From positions 124,001 through 188,000 of the IMG/VR virus record IMGVR_UViG_3300037264_008423: a stretch of DNA of 64,000 bases; one strand, given 5' to 3'. The notes beneath the pieces were generated by a model that saw nothing but the letters and a program-made list of their open reading frames with translations, made no database searches and was not told where the DNA came from. The translations under genes and the position numbers were made by a program. Every line of letters begins with the position of its first letter. Within the stretch, counting starts at the first letter, position 1. Below, in pieces: positions 9,380-18,559 of the stretch.

Positions 9380-10084
9380 TTAATATACTCGATACACGGC
9401 CACGCCGTAGATTTCCACAGCCACGTCAAATCGGGTCCAGGAGATCGCCAGAGCGTTGAGCACGCCGGTGCTCTCGTTGAAGGCTCCGGCTTGGGGGCCA
9501 GCCGAGCAGGCTGATAGCGAGACGCTCCCCACGCGGGGCGCGGCGCTATACTGGGCCACGGCTTCCAGCAGATTTTCGTAGGTGAAGTCCAGCACCACCA
9601 GGGAGGCGCTCAGCGATCCGAAGGCGCTGACCGTGTAGTTGGGGCTTCCTTTGGTGATATCAACGATCCAGATGGACCGGCGCGAGAGGCTGCCACTCGT
9701 GGCTGCCGTATAATTGGGATTGCCGTTACCAGCAATATGCGTGGAGATGGAACCTTTGCGGTAGCGGTAGTAAGCCGCGCTCTGGAAGTAAGGATTGCCG
9801 GAGCCAGCAATGTAGGCCAGGGAGTAGGCACCGGCTGGTCCAAAGCCAAAGCCCAGGTAGTTAGGGCAGTTCCAGGACAGCATGCCATAGGGATGGTTGC
9901 AAAGCCCAAAACAAAAGTCGGCGGCGGAAATGGTCGCATTAGCATCGAAAGCCATAAGCAATCCGATCCGCAGCCGAGTCCAGCCAGATCCCACCGTCAG
10001 GGGCCGGACATACTCATCGTTGCGCAGCGCCAGGCAGTGCTGGCTGTTGCCGCTGAAAAATTTTTGGCTGAGGATAAGTGACAT
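9380..10084 (-). CDS. Tandem paralogue 2 of 7
   Basis: LALRNDEYVRPLTVGSGWTRLRIG...FNESTG. Confidence 0.8.
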   Translation of the reverse strand: MSLILSQKFFSGNSQHCLALRNDEYVRPLTVGSGWTRLRIGLLMAFDANATISAADFCFGLCNHPYGMLSWNCPNYLGFGFGPAGAYSLAYIAGSGNPYFQSAAYYRYRKGSISTHIAGNGNPNYTAATSGSLSRRSIWIVDITKGSPNYTVSAFGSLSASLVVLDFTYENLLEAVAQYSAAPRVGSVSLSACSAGPQAGAFNESTGVLNALAISWTRFDVAVEIYGVAVYRVY

Positions 10085-10085
10085 G

Positions 10086-10820
10086 TCAGTTGGTAAGATC
10101 CTGCCAGGTTGCGTAAACGGCTATCCCATAAACCTCCAAGGGCACTGCCGCGTTGGACCAGTAGAGGCTGATACTGTCCACGGGTCCGGTGGATTCGTTG
10201 AAGGCCATAAGTCCGCTATTGTAGGCCACGGCGATCACACTGCCACGCAGAGTCAAGGTGTTTAGCCGCGTTTGATGCACTCCTTCCAGCAGGTCGCTCA
10301 TGCTGTATTCGGTCCGCGCCTCGGCGATGCTGGTGGGAAAGTAAACGGAAGTGGTCCAGTTGGGCGACCCTTTGTAAATGTCCGTAAACATGAATCCGCG
10401 AAATCCCTGTCCCGCCACGGGGTGGTAGCGTGTCCCCCCGTCCGCCCCCGCGTTAAATATCGTGCTACCGCGTCTGCTTGCCACTCCTTTGGCCGCGATG
10501 GAGTAATAGGGTGGAGGACCCGTGTTATACACGGCAGTCGCGGCCCCGTAGTATTCCGTGGCAAGGGTGCCCCCGATCCAGTTGGCGGTGCTGTTGGACT
10601 TCATGCCTTGGGTGTCGTCAATGGGCGAAGCGGACGCGCAGACCCCCAGGCCGTGGCGAGTGATGCTAAAGTTGCCGGAACCCTGGATGGCGTAAAGGAT
10701 GCCAATCCTGATCTTGTTCCAGCCGTTATCCCACTCCAGCTTGCGGACAAATTCCTCGTTGGTCAGGGTGAAGTAAGGATTCACCCCGTCACCAAACGTT
10801 CTGGTAGCAAACGATGACAT
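10086..10820 (-). CDS. Tandem paralogue 1 of 7
   Basis: FTLTNEEFVRKLEWDNGWNKIRIG...FNESTG. Confidence 0.8.
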   Translation of the reverse strand: MSSFATRTFGDGVNPYFTLTNEEFVRKLEWDNGWNKIRIGILYAIQGSGNFSITRHGLGVCASASPIDDTQGMKSNSTANWIGGTLATEYYGAATAVYNTGPPPYYSIAAKGVASRRGSTIFNAGADGGTRYHPVAGQGFRGFMFTDIYKGSPNWTTSVYFPTSIAEARTEYSMSDLLEGVHQTRLNTLTLRGSVIAVAYNSGLMAFNESTGPVDSISLYWSNAAVPLEVYGIAVYATWQDLTN

Positions 10821-10821
10821 A

Positions 10822-11736
10822 CTATAAAATAGCTCCTGTGCTGGACCAACCCGCTCCCGCGTCGATGTAACCGGGCGTTACCGATCCGTCCGCGTAGGCG
10901 ATCAGGCTGTCCTCGGCCTTGTGCAGAGCCACGGTTCCCGCCGTCCAGGCGGCGCTCCAGTAGGTGCCGCTGTTTAAGGTTCCAGGGGCCAATACCGGCC
11001 CATAGACAGTGCCATAAGTGGTGTAGGCTACCAGCGTGTCCGTGGCCACGAAGCTCAGGGGAGAGTTAAGCGGGTCAGACACCGGGCCGTTAATGCTGGC
11101 GGTGCCATACCAGTGGCTCATTAAGCCCAGTTCGCCTAGTCCACCGGTGGGTCCGTCCGCGTAGTGCTCAAATGTTTCGATGCCGTAGGCGGAGTCGCCA
11201 AAGGCGCAAATGAGACCGTTTTGGATTTGGACGGCCAGATCCGCCCGGTTGGAATTGGGAATTTGAGCCAGGTAAATCGTGTGCGTGCCCGTGCCAGCCA
11301 GCCCTAGCGTGGTGCCCAGCCAAGCCAGGACAAAGGAGTTGAGCAGCGTGCCTTGAACGGCCAGCGCGAAAGCGGCATTGGCCCCGGAAGTGCCGCTCGT
11401 AGCGATATGGTTGACCTGGCTGACGCCGGTGGTGCCGTTCCAGGCGGTTGTCAAGGCGGTGACGGCCACGTTATTGGTGGTGGGATCGAAGCTAGTGACC
11501 TCGGTCCAGTTGCCGTTGAGCGTTCCGCCCACCAGCCGAAACTCCTGCTGGGTGATCGAGACGTAGCAGGTCATGCCCTCGGCGCGGCGCTCGGCGGAAA
11601 TTCCATCGCGGTCCGCCAAGGTTTGGACTGTGTGGTGTCCGCCCCGGATCTCGCTTGTGTCCGCTACCGGAAACGTATTGACGGTGTTACCGGTGGTGAC
11701 TTTCGCTGCTAAAATTGTTCCAGGAATCGCGGCCAT
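10822..11736 (-). CDS. Tail-fibre-associated protein
   Basis: N-terminal RGGHHTV.TLADRDGI..ERR.EGM..YV module typical of phage fibre proteins; shares TAWNGT and GT.WS repeats with its neighbours. Confidence 0.65.
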   Translation of the reverse strand: MAAIPGTILAAKVTTGNTVNTFPVADTSEIRGGHHTVQTLADRDGISAERRAEGMTCYVSITQQEFRLVGGTLNGNWTEVTSFDPTTNNVAVTALTTAWNGTTGVSQVNHIATSGTSGANAAFALAVQGTLLNSFVLAWLGTTLGLAGTGTHTIYLAQIPNSNRADLAVQIQNGLICAFGDSAYGIETFEHYADGPTGGLGELGLMSHWYGTASINGPVSDPLNSPLSFVATDTLVAYTTYGTVYGPVLAPGTLNSGTYWSAAWTAGTVALHKAEDSLIAYADGSVTPGYIDAGAGWSSTGAIL

Positions 11737-11737
11737 A

Positions 11738-12778
11738 TCAGCTTACGACAATTTGATAAGTTCCGGTCAGCAGGTTATCGGACCGATACAGGTTATAGCT
11801 GCTTGCGTAACCGGAAGCATTGGTAAAGGAAATAACCGTCAAAGTCCAGGCGGTATTGGGCAGCCCGTTGACCGTGAACGTGGCCGCGCCCCAGGCCGCT
11901 GGATAAGCAAAGTAAACATACTCGGCGGCTGCTGTGAGGGTCCGGCTCTGGCTCCGGCTGCTGGCAAATTCGCCGTTCAGGGCGATGATTTGCGCGTCAT
12001 TCAAGGTGGATTGGTTGGAGACGCCCCAGTAACGCTTGTTACTGAAGCTGATGCTGGTATTGCCGTTGACGGGAGTGGTGCCATCCGTGGCGCTGAGTGT
12101 GTAGGTCCGGTTCGCGGTCCAGGTTCCCGCGTCCGCGTAGCTGCGCTGGGCTACAGGGAGCACCCCGATGCCCTGGTTGATCGACTGACCGGTGACATCC
12201 TTGTTGAACACCCAGTTGAGCGTGACACTGCTGACCGTTTGGCCAATTTCCACCGTGCCGACTGTATTTGTAAACGAAGTCAACTGGAGCGGCACGTAGA
12301 GCAGGTAATTGAGCGCGGCGGCCACGTTCGGGTAATCGAGGCTGGAATAAGGAACATCAACGGCGGAAATCTGGTTGGTTCCGGTGCCGAAGTCAACGTG
12401 GTTGAGATGGACGGTCCGGTCCTCGTCGCGGATGTAGTCCAGCGATCCGACCATCTGGTAAGTGGTCCAGGCCAAGTTGCTGCCGGAGACCGCGATGCTT
12501 TCCACGGCGGCGATCTCGGCCCGGATCTCGACAAAAGGATCGGCGGGTCCCTGGCTGATCATGGCCAGGGCGGACCAGTAGTCGGAATGGTTGCCTTCCG
12601 GGGCGGTGCCGGATACCGAGATTAAGGCAATGTATTTGGCTCCCTGGAAATCAATGGCATCGCGGGGACTATAGGTGCCTGAGTCGGCGTAGGTGCCGCG
12701 CAAGCGCAACTCGGACTCGGCCACGACGGTGCGCCGGTAAAGATGATCCGCGTATGCATATTGGTTTAGAGACGCCAT
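11738..12778 (-). CDS. Virion structural/tail-fibre-associated protein
   Basis: Start MASLNQY (GTAAGTA upstream); CBM5/12-like RGTY...Y...GAKYIAL...YW module; beta-rich C-terminus YVYFAYPAAWG. Confidence 0.65.
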   Translation of the reverse strand: MASLNQYAYADHLYRRTVVAESELRLRGTYADSGTYSPRDAIDFQGAKYIALISVSGTAPEGNHSDYWSALAMISQGPADPFVEIRAEIAAVESIAVSGSNLAWTTYQMVGSLDYIRDEDRTVHLNHVDFGTGTNQISAVDVPYSSLDYPNVAAALNYLLYVPLQLTSFTNTVGTVEIGQTVSSVTLNWVFNKDVTGQSINQGIGVLPVAQRSYADAGTWTANRTYTLSATDGTTPVNGNTSISFSNKRYWGVSNQSTLNDAQIIALNGEFASSRSQSRTLTAAAEYVYFAYPAAWGAATFTVNGLPNTAWTLTVISFTNASGYASSYNLYRSDNLLTGTYQIVVS

Positions 12779-12795
12779 CACTTTACTTACATGGA

Positions 12796-13533
12796 TTAAG
12801 GTGGTTGTGAAACCCTGCCGATGACCTGGCCTGTGCGTGTCTGAGTGAGTCCGCCCACGGTTTCTGTCCAAGCGCCCGTCAGAGCGCCGCCCGTGGGCGC
12901 GTCATTCATGGGGCAAAAGAGTAACAGGTTAGCGAGTTCAATGGTAGGAGGAAGATTTCTTGCGCCTGTGGCCAGGGAGAGGATTTGCGCGTCGGATAGC
13001 TGTTTATTCCAGATGGCAGCGTCGCACATGTAGCCGGAAAAATTAACAGTAGTGCTGCCGTTGTCCACGGCAATCCACCAATCATTGCCGCTTCCCCATA
13101 AGGTTGTAATGGGAGAGGGGGTGCCCTCTTGCGCGCCATTCACGTAAAGCCGCATCTGACCTCCATTTTTGGCGCTCACCGTCACATGATACCAGGTATT
13201 TACGGCGACTACAGTCGTGCCATAGACGTTCTTTACGCTGCCATCGTAGGTGTAGGCAATCCAGTTAGTCGCGCCGTTTTGGTGCATCGCGTGGGACCAC
13301 CCGCTGCTAGGGTCGCCCCCGCTGCGCGTAAAAATACCGGCATTATTCAAAACTTGGGCCGGTCTTAGCCACGCGGCCAGTGTGTATTCCGTGGGAGTGG
13401 CCGTCATACCGCCGCCGAAAAAGCGAGTGTAAACAGATCCACTAAAGTCATATACCCGGCTTTCGGCCACGGGCGCTGCTGCCGCTCTGGCCAGGGAGCC
13501 GACAAAAGAAGGATTACGCAGGCTTAAGCTCAT
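12796..13533 (-). CDS. LamG/concanavalin-A-like lectin domain protein
   Basis: YTLAAWLRP, NTWYHVTV, RLYVNG, FSGYMCDAAIWNKQLSDAQI. Confidence 0.85.
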   Translation of the reverse strand: MSLSLRNPSFVGSLARAAAAPVAESRVYDFSGSVYTRFFGGGMTATPTEYTLAAWLRPAQVLNNAGIFTRSGGDPSSGWSHAMHQNGATNWIAYTYDGSVKNVYGTTVVAVNTWYHVTVSAKNGGQMRLYVNGAQEGTPSPITTLWGSGNDWWIAVDNGSTTVNFSGYMCDAAIWNKQLSDAQILSLATGARNLPPTIELANLLLFCPMNDAPTGGALTGAWTETVGGLTQTRTGQVIGRVSQPP

Positions 13534-14957
13534 GCTTCGGACGTGGGAGCGCCAATTAAACTAACGGGAGCGTCATTGATACAGGTGAGCGCGAGGAGCA
13601 CGTCTTTAGTGTAAATCTGGCTGGGGGGAGTGGTTCCAAACCACTTGGTGGAGGCAATCTCTCCGCCCATGTAAAGCGGATGAACCACGTCATCCGCTTG
13701 CAGTATCACCGCGATTTCCGCGCCTTTACGGTAGTTTGTGCCGCTGACGGTCAGCGCGCCATTGACGCTCATCTGCTGGTAGGCGGGACCGGTAAAATTG
13801 GCGTAGAGGGTGCCAGCATACCCGGTGGTTCCCACGCCGACAATGGTATTGGGCACGACCAAGTTGCCGGTCATAGTGCCTCCCGCCGAGAAATTCGGCG
13901 AGCTGTTCTGACTGCTGTATGCCAGCCAGGCCAGGTTGCTGCCGGTGGTCGCTAGATTAAAAGCGTTGGTGCCCACGTTGGTGCCGATGGCGGCTAAGCT
14001 GTAGGCGGACTGGGCGAGACCGCGCGCGGTATTGTCCACGCCAGCCTCCGTTAGAGTGCCAATCCAGGTAATGGCCAGGTTTGCAAGCGCGGTTCCCGCC
14101 ACGGCTATGGGATGGGTCTGGTCCACGCCTGCGGTGCCAGATTGCGCCAGGTCATAGGCGCTCTGCGCCAGACTCAAAGCCGTTCCGCTGCCGCCACTGG
14201 CCGCCAGGGCATAGGCTTGTTCGGCGCGGTTACTGCCTGCTTCAGCCAGCACGTAGGCGGTGGTGCCCACGTTGGTGCCGATGGCCGCCAGATCATAGGC
14301 GCTCTGCGCCAAGGAGCGTGCCAGGCTGTCCACGCCGGAAGCGGCGAGGGTGCCGATCCAGGTGATCGCCAAGCCAGCCAGGTTTGTGCCGGTTTCCGCG
14401 ATAGGATACACCTGTTGAACGCCAGAAGTTCCATTCCAAGCCGTCTGGAGAGCCTGGTAGGCGGTTTGGTCGGCGGCTAGCGATGTGGTGAACGCTCCAT
14501 TGGCTAGGATTGTGGCGGTGTCGGCGCTGCTTTGGGCGTTGGTCCCGGCGTAGTAGGCGGCCAGCGCCAGGTTTGTTCCCGCTGCCGCGATCATCAGGGC
14601 GGTGTCGGCGGTTTCCGTGCCGGTTTGGGCCAGAGCCAGCGCCTCGTCCGCGACCGCTTGCGCCTCGGCGGCGGCGTTGGTTCCCGCTACGGCCAGCGCG
14701 TAGGCTTTTTCTTCGACGGTGGGAACGACCGTTTCTTTGAAGAGGACCAACTGCGCCCACATGCGCTGGCGCACAATGGCGCTGGGTGCGCTGTTGGTGC
14801 TGGCGACGATAGAAACGTAGTAGGCCCCGCCGTGAGATACCGATTCCCACGGTGGAGCGTAAAGAGTGCCTGGTGCCCACGTGCCGCGCCAGTTTAACTC
14901 TCCGTCAGACACATAAGTCGTGGTGCGACTTAAATTGCTATAGGCATAAACCGCCAT
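13530..14957 (-). CDS. Tail fibre protein with Ala/Gly/Thr repeats
   Basis: N-terminal WRGTW...Y...GGAYYVS module; repeated LAQSAYxLAxxGTN; GGTMTGNL fibre motif. Confidence 0.75.
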   Translation of the reverse strand: MAVYAYSNLSRTTTYVSDGELNWRGTWAPGTLYAPPWESVSHGGAYYVSIVASTNSAPSAIVRQRMWAQLVLFKETVVPTVEEKAYALAVAGTNAAAEAQAVADEALALAQTGTETADTALMIAAAGTNLALAAYYAGTNAQSSADTATILANGAFTTSLAADQTAYQALQTAWNGTSGVQQVYPIAETGTNLAGLAITWIGTLAASGVDSLARSLAQSAYDLAAIGTNVGTTAYVLAEAGSNRAEQAYALAASGGSGTALSLAQSAYDLAQSGTAGVDQTHPIAVAGTALANLAITWIGTLTEAGVDNTARGLAQSAYSLAAIGTNVGTNAFNLATTGSNLAWLAYSSQNSSPNFSAGGTMTGNLVVPNTIVGVGTTGYAGTLYANFTGPAYQQMSVNGALTVSGTNYRKGAEIAVILQADDVVHPLYMGGEIASTKWFGTTPPSQIYTKDVLLALTCINDAPVSLIGAPTSEA

Positions 14958-14977
14958 GCCCTAATTACGTTTCAATC

Positions 14978-15006
14978 CGCGCCCCGCATTTTTTGACCGG
15001 GGCGCG
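14978..15006. terminator. GC-rich hairpin, possible terminator
   Basis: CGCGCCCCG...CGGGGCGCG between the early block and the fibre operon; lacks a clear U-tract. Confidence 0.4.
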
Positions 15007-15007
15007 C

Positions 15008-15610
15008 TTACGGCGGGGAGGAAACGGTTAGGCTGGTGTCTGATTTAAGCTCGGCTTCCATGTGTTCCAACGCTAGGCTAAACTGCTCCGCCAAGTAGGG
15101 GACCTGGGCGTTGAAGATGGAAATCGGGTTTTCGGCTAGCGTGGAAAATTCGGCGCGGTCCGCCTTATTGACGTTGGGTTTGGCCTGAAGCTCCTTGGCG
15201 ATGGTCAGAAGCTTAACACACCCTTCGGTCAGATCGCACATTTGTAAACGAAACTTTTCCACGATCTCCTCACGTAAGGTGGTCTCCTGATCGTAAGGTT
15301 CAATTTGTTTGCCGTCGCGATGGTTGATGGTGCAGGGCACTCCGTTACCGTGGTTCAACGAGCAAAACAACTGGGCAAATTGCAGGGGGGTGAGCGTAAG
15401 ACTGAGAATGCGCTTGCGTTCGTGGTAATAGCGTTTCTTAGTCATAGGGTCTTGCACCATTTCCGCTTCGCTGATTTCCAACGAGACGCGACTGTGAACT
15501 GGCATGGTGCTGCCGAAAACCCGCTCGCTTGTGCCTGTGCTTCGGGCCACGGAAATGAGAGCGAAAGAGGGATGGCTAATGTTGTTGTCTTTTCCTTTGT
15601 CTTTTTTCAT
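15008..15610 (-). CDS. Hypothetical phage protein
   Basis: Start MKKDKG; HPSF...GVPCTI motif. Confidence 0.75.
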   Translation of the reverse strand: MKKDKGKDNNISHPSFALISVARSTGTSERVFGSTMPVHSRVSLEISEAEMVQDPMTKKRYYHERKRILSLTLTPLQFAQLFCSLNHGNGVPCTINHRDGKQIEPYDQETTLREEIVEKFRLQMCDLTEGCVKLLTIAKELQAKPNVNKADRAEFSTLAENPISIFNAQVPYLAEQFSLALEHMEAELKSDTSLTVSSPP

Positions 15611-15767
15611 AGTTTTGGTGTCTTTTTTCAAACTTGGCGCGCGGCAGGGCATCGGTGTCAGCCAGGGTCGAGCAAAGGACCACTTTTCCGGTGTGAAGCT
15701 GGACCGCGTAGGGGGCTTGGGAGGCGCTCAGGCCGTCCTTTCCTAGTTTGGGCAGGTCAAAGGGCAT
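15576..15767 (-). CDS. Small hypothetical protein
   Basis: 63-aa ORF filling a gap in a co-directional operon. Confidence 0.5.
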   Translation of the reverse strand: MPFDLPKLGKDGLSASQAPYAVQLHTGKVVLCSTLADTDALPRAKFEKRHQNYEKRQRKRQQH

Positions 15768-15794
15768 AGGTTTGTAATGTAAATAAGTTTAACT

Positions 15795-16163
15795 CTAATC
15801 CTGATCAGTGGATTCCTCCTGTTCGCTGACTTCTTCGGCACGACTCGCATGCCATTTGATCCAGCGATCAATCGCCCTGGGGCAGGCGGTGCCTTTGATT
15901 TGGTAGCAAATGCTCGGCACCCGGTTATAGATGAAGATGACCAGCTCGGCCAAACTGGCCAAAGCATCCTTGTCGGCTCTCCCCACCGCCTCAAACAGGT
16001 TATTGGACAGAACTGCGCGCAGAAAGTGGCCTGGTCCTGCGCCATGCTGGACGTAGTTGTAGAGTCCCCGCAGAACATGGACCGGGATGTGGCTATACTG
16101 CTCATGCCCGGTTGCGTGGATGTAGTCTATTTCAATTTCAATTTTAATGTCGGTGAGTTTCAT
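15795..16163 (-). CDS. Hypothetical phage protein
   Basis: GLYNYVQHG..PGHFLRAVLSNNLFEAVGRAD motif. Confidence 0.75.
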   Translation of the reverse strand: MKLTDIKIEIEIDYIHATGHEQYSHIPVHVLRGLYNYVQHGAGPGHFLRAVLSNNLFEAVGRADKDALASLAELVIFIYNRVPSICYQIKGTACPRAIDRWIKWHASRAEEVSEQEESTDQD

Positions 16164-16175
16164 GAGAGCGGCTGG

Positions 16176-16418
16176 CTAGCGGTAAACGATGACCACGGTG
16201 ACGGTATCAGGGTTGGCGGAACTGGCAATGCCCTGGTTGGCAATAGTGGATAGCGCCTCCAAGACCTGGAGTTTTTCCTCGCGGCTGAGGCAGTGGACCG
16301 TGCAAAAGATCTTGTCCGTCAGGGCTTCGTAAGTGACGTGAGGCTGGCAGTTCAGTGTGCCCAGGCTGGCCTGAACCAGCGCGATAGCGGCGAGCTGTTG
16401 GGGTGTGGCGTTTAACAT
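16176..16418 (-). CDS. Hypothetical protein
   Basis: 80-aa ORF in operon. Confidence 0.65.
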   Translation of the reverse strand: MLNATPQQLAAIALVQASLGTLNCQPHVTYEALTDKIFCTVHCLSREEKLQVLEALSTIANQGIASSANPDTVTVVIVYR

Positions 16419-16451
16419 AGTTCAATCGGGTGTTCGCAGTTTCTTTACATT

Positions 16452-16826
16452 TTAATTCGCGTTCCGTGTTTCTACGCGGAACGATTTCAGTTGACGACGC
16501 TCGCGCTCGCGCTCCCGTCGCCGGGCCTTTTGGACTTTGCGCAGGCGCGCTTTTTCCAAAAGTTGGCGCGCGACCGCGCCCCGGACCAGCCAGGCATAGA
16601 CGTGCTTGAGTTCAGCGGTGTAACGCTGGCGCGTGCCCAGCGCCCACATCTCCAGAACGTCCCCCGCTTTAAGGCGGACCACCAGCTTGCGGTTTTTATC
16701 GCAGCCGTAGTGCCCGTCCAGGGTGCCGCGCGTGCAGCGGGTTACCTCGGCGGCCACGGTTTTCGTGACAGGCTGCCCGTTCGCGTCCCGCTTGGGCTGG
16801 AACTGGCCTTGCAGGCGCTCGCGCAC
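16452..16826 (-). CDS. Basic hypothetical protein
   Basis: 124 aa, Arg-rich C-terminus. Confidence 0.65.
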   Translation of the reverse strand: MRERLQGQFQPKRDANGQPVTKTVAAEVTRCTRGTLDGHYGCDKNRKLVVRLKAGDVLEMWALGTRQRYTAELKHVYAWLVRGAVARQLLEKARLRKVQKARRRERERERRQLKSFRVETRNAN

Positions 16827-16898
16827 AATTATCGTTTTGCTTTTTCCAATTTAAATCATAGTGTTGATTATTAGAGCTAAGCCGACTGTCTGGTATAA

Positions 16899-16927
16899 AA
16901 TGTAAACTATTTTAAGTTTGGTGTAAA
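16899..16927 (-). promoter_or_regulatory. Sigma70-like promoter
   Basis: TTTACA-N17-TACATT in an AT-rich intergenic region. Confidence 0.55.
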
Positions 16928-17031
16928 GCTCTAAAATGTAAAATCGCGCATAAGCTTGATGGGAGCGGGGTTGGGCCGCTACCTCGACGGTTTAAAAAAG
17001 TTAGGGCTGCCAACAATGTAATTAAGCCAGA

Positions 17032-17352
17032 ATGTCAGAACACCGCATTCCAAGATATCAGGAACTCGAAAAACCGGAGTTCAAATCGGCCATTCCGCTA
17101 CACTTGGTTAACAAGCTGTCGGAACAGGAACAGTATTTGGTCGGCACGCTCTCCCGGATGGAGGCGCAGAACGAGTGGCTGATTCGGGCTGTGCTGGAGT
17201 CGAACCGCAGCATCATTGAGACGGATTTGCGCGTTCAGGATGTGCAGGACTGGAAGTCCATGATCAGCTCCAAATGGGCCGTGATCGTGGTCTTTATCCT
17301 GATGTGTATTCCAGTAGCTTTAAAGGCGCTCCTGGAGCGACTCTGGAAGTAG
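17032..17352 (+). CDS. Coiled-coil protein with C-terminal TM helix
   Basis: GTAATTA 7 nt upstream; C-terminal hydrophobic helix. Confidence 0.75.
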   Translation: MSEHRIPRYQELEKPEFKSAIPLHLVNKLSEQEQYLVGTLSRMEAQNEWLIRAVLESNRSIIETDLRVQDVQDWKSMISSKWAVIVVFILMCIPVALKALLERLWK

Positions 17353-17635
17353 CCGTGATCAGGGCGGCAGCGAGCACATACCAGCGGTAAAGGGCTTGCC
17401 AGTGCCGGATACGGCGGTCCCACAGGGAACGGTAATGGAGCAGCGTCCAGGCGTGAGTGACTCCATTTATGAGCAGGAGAAAAACCAGAAGCTCGTCGGC
17501 GTAAAAATTACAGGTCAGCAGCGCGCCGCTGAGGATCGCGGAGACGAGCACCAGGCAGTTGTCGATGTGGCGCTGGCGCTCGCAACGGACGATACTCACT
17601 AAAGCATGGTATCTCAATTCGTCCATGTCGTTCAC
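17294..17635 (-). CDS. Membrane protein
   Basis: Two or three hydrophobic segments. Confidence 0.5.
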   Translation of the reverse strand: MNDMDELRYHALVSIVRCERQRHIDNCLVLVSAILSGALLTCNFYADELLVFLLLINGVTHAWTLLHYRSLWDRRIRHWQALYRWYVLAAALITATSRVAPGAPLKLLEYTSG

Positions 17636-17689
17636 GTTATAGGAGCTGTAGTTGATAAACTATAGCGTGTTTGAGGTTAAGGGCAAGCT

Positions 17690-18106
17690 TCAAGGCACGG
17701 CTCTGTTGGTTTCTGCCTGGATTCTGTAAAACATCAGCGGCGTTAAGTTAGCGGTCCCGTCCAAAATAATCAGGGTGTTGGTTAAGGGATCGGCGCTGGA
17801 TTGAACCGTGCTGCCCAGCGTGCGCCAGTCTATCAGGTTGGTGCTGGACTGCAAGACAAAGTGGGTGCTCAGAAAAGGAGGCCACTCCACGTGAACCACT
17901 CGTGTCAATTGGCCGCCGATTTCCAGGACTTCCGTCCAGCCCCGCGCGCCGCTGGGGGCGGTCGAAAAACTGAGACTTTGGGCCGGGACCAAACCCTGGA
18001 CGGCGACACGCCGGGCTTTGAGCGCCGGGGGCAGCGGCGGAGGGGGCACGTTTTTAAACTGGCAGCCGACCCATCCAAGCAGGGCAATAAAGCAGAGATA
18101 CCTCAT
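17690..18106 (-). CDS. Exported/lipoprotein with LQSSTNL..W...FYR C-terminal domain
   Basis: Lipobox-like WVGC; FVLQSSTNLIDWRTL...MFYRIQ; GTAGTTA 8 nt upstream. Confidence 0.75.
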   Translation of the reverse strand: MRYLCFIALLGWVGCQFKNVPPPPLPPALKARRVAVQGLVPAQSLSFSTAPSGARGWTEVLEIGGQLTRVVHVEWPPFLSTHFVLQSSTNLIDWRTLGSTVQSSADPLTNTLIILDGTANLTPLMFYRIQAETNRAVP

Positions 18107-18117
18107 AACGAGAATAA

Positions 18118-18405
18118 CTACGGAAGGATCAAGCTTATCGGAATGCCCATGACGTTGAGCATCCGCTGGCGCAAACGGTCAATCTCCTGCTCGACATCAG
18201 TAAAGTGCGCGCCGTCAGGCATTGTCTTAAAGTCAAGTGTGATGTAGTTGGCGGGTGCCTCCACCACCCGCATGGCAAGCAGCCCTACGTGTGATTCAGT
18301 CGCTAAGTCAAAGGACTTGGCCCACCGGTCCAACCATTCTTGACTGTGCTCGATGAGTCCGGGCGGCGGGTAATCATCAGACATGAGTTCAAGGGATTCG
18401 TTCAT
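18118..18405 (-). CDS. Hypothetical protein
   Basis: 95-aa ORF in operon. Confidence 0.65.
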   Translation of the reverse strand: MNESLELMSDDYPPPGLIEHSQEWLDRWAKSFDLATESHVGLLAMRVVEAPANYITLDFKTMPDGAHFTDVEQEIDRLRQRMLNVMGIPISLILP

Positions 18406-18559
18406 GGTCGTGGTGCTTTAAGTGGCAGATGACGGTCAGGAGCATCAAGAGCGCGAGGGCCATAAAGGGAAAGTAGATGTGGATACCGTGCAGTTGAATG
18501 ACGCGGGTAAACAAAATTCCCACCAAGGTCCCCGCCAGTAAAAAAGTTATATGGATCAT
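18389..18559 (-). CDS. Small two-TM membrane protein
   Basis: Start MIHITFLLAG, ATGA-coupled to the upstream micro-ORF. Confidence 0.6.
   Translation of the reverse strand: MIHITFLLAGTLVGILFTRVIQLHGIHIYFPFMALALLMLLTVICHLKHHDHERIP

Noticed and set aside
5288-14957. Diversity-generating retroelement or invertible cassette acting on the fibre paralogues
   Set aside because: No reverse transcriptase, recombinase, near-identical TR/VR pair or inverted crossover sites seen in the window; all copies are co-oriented and deeply diverged
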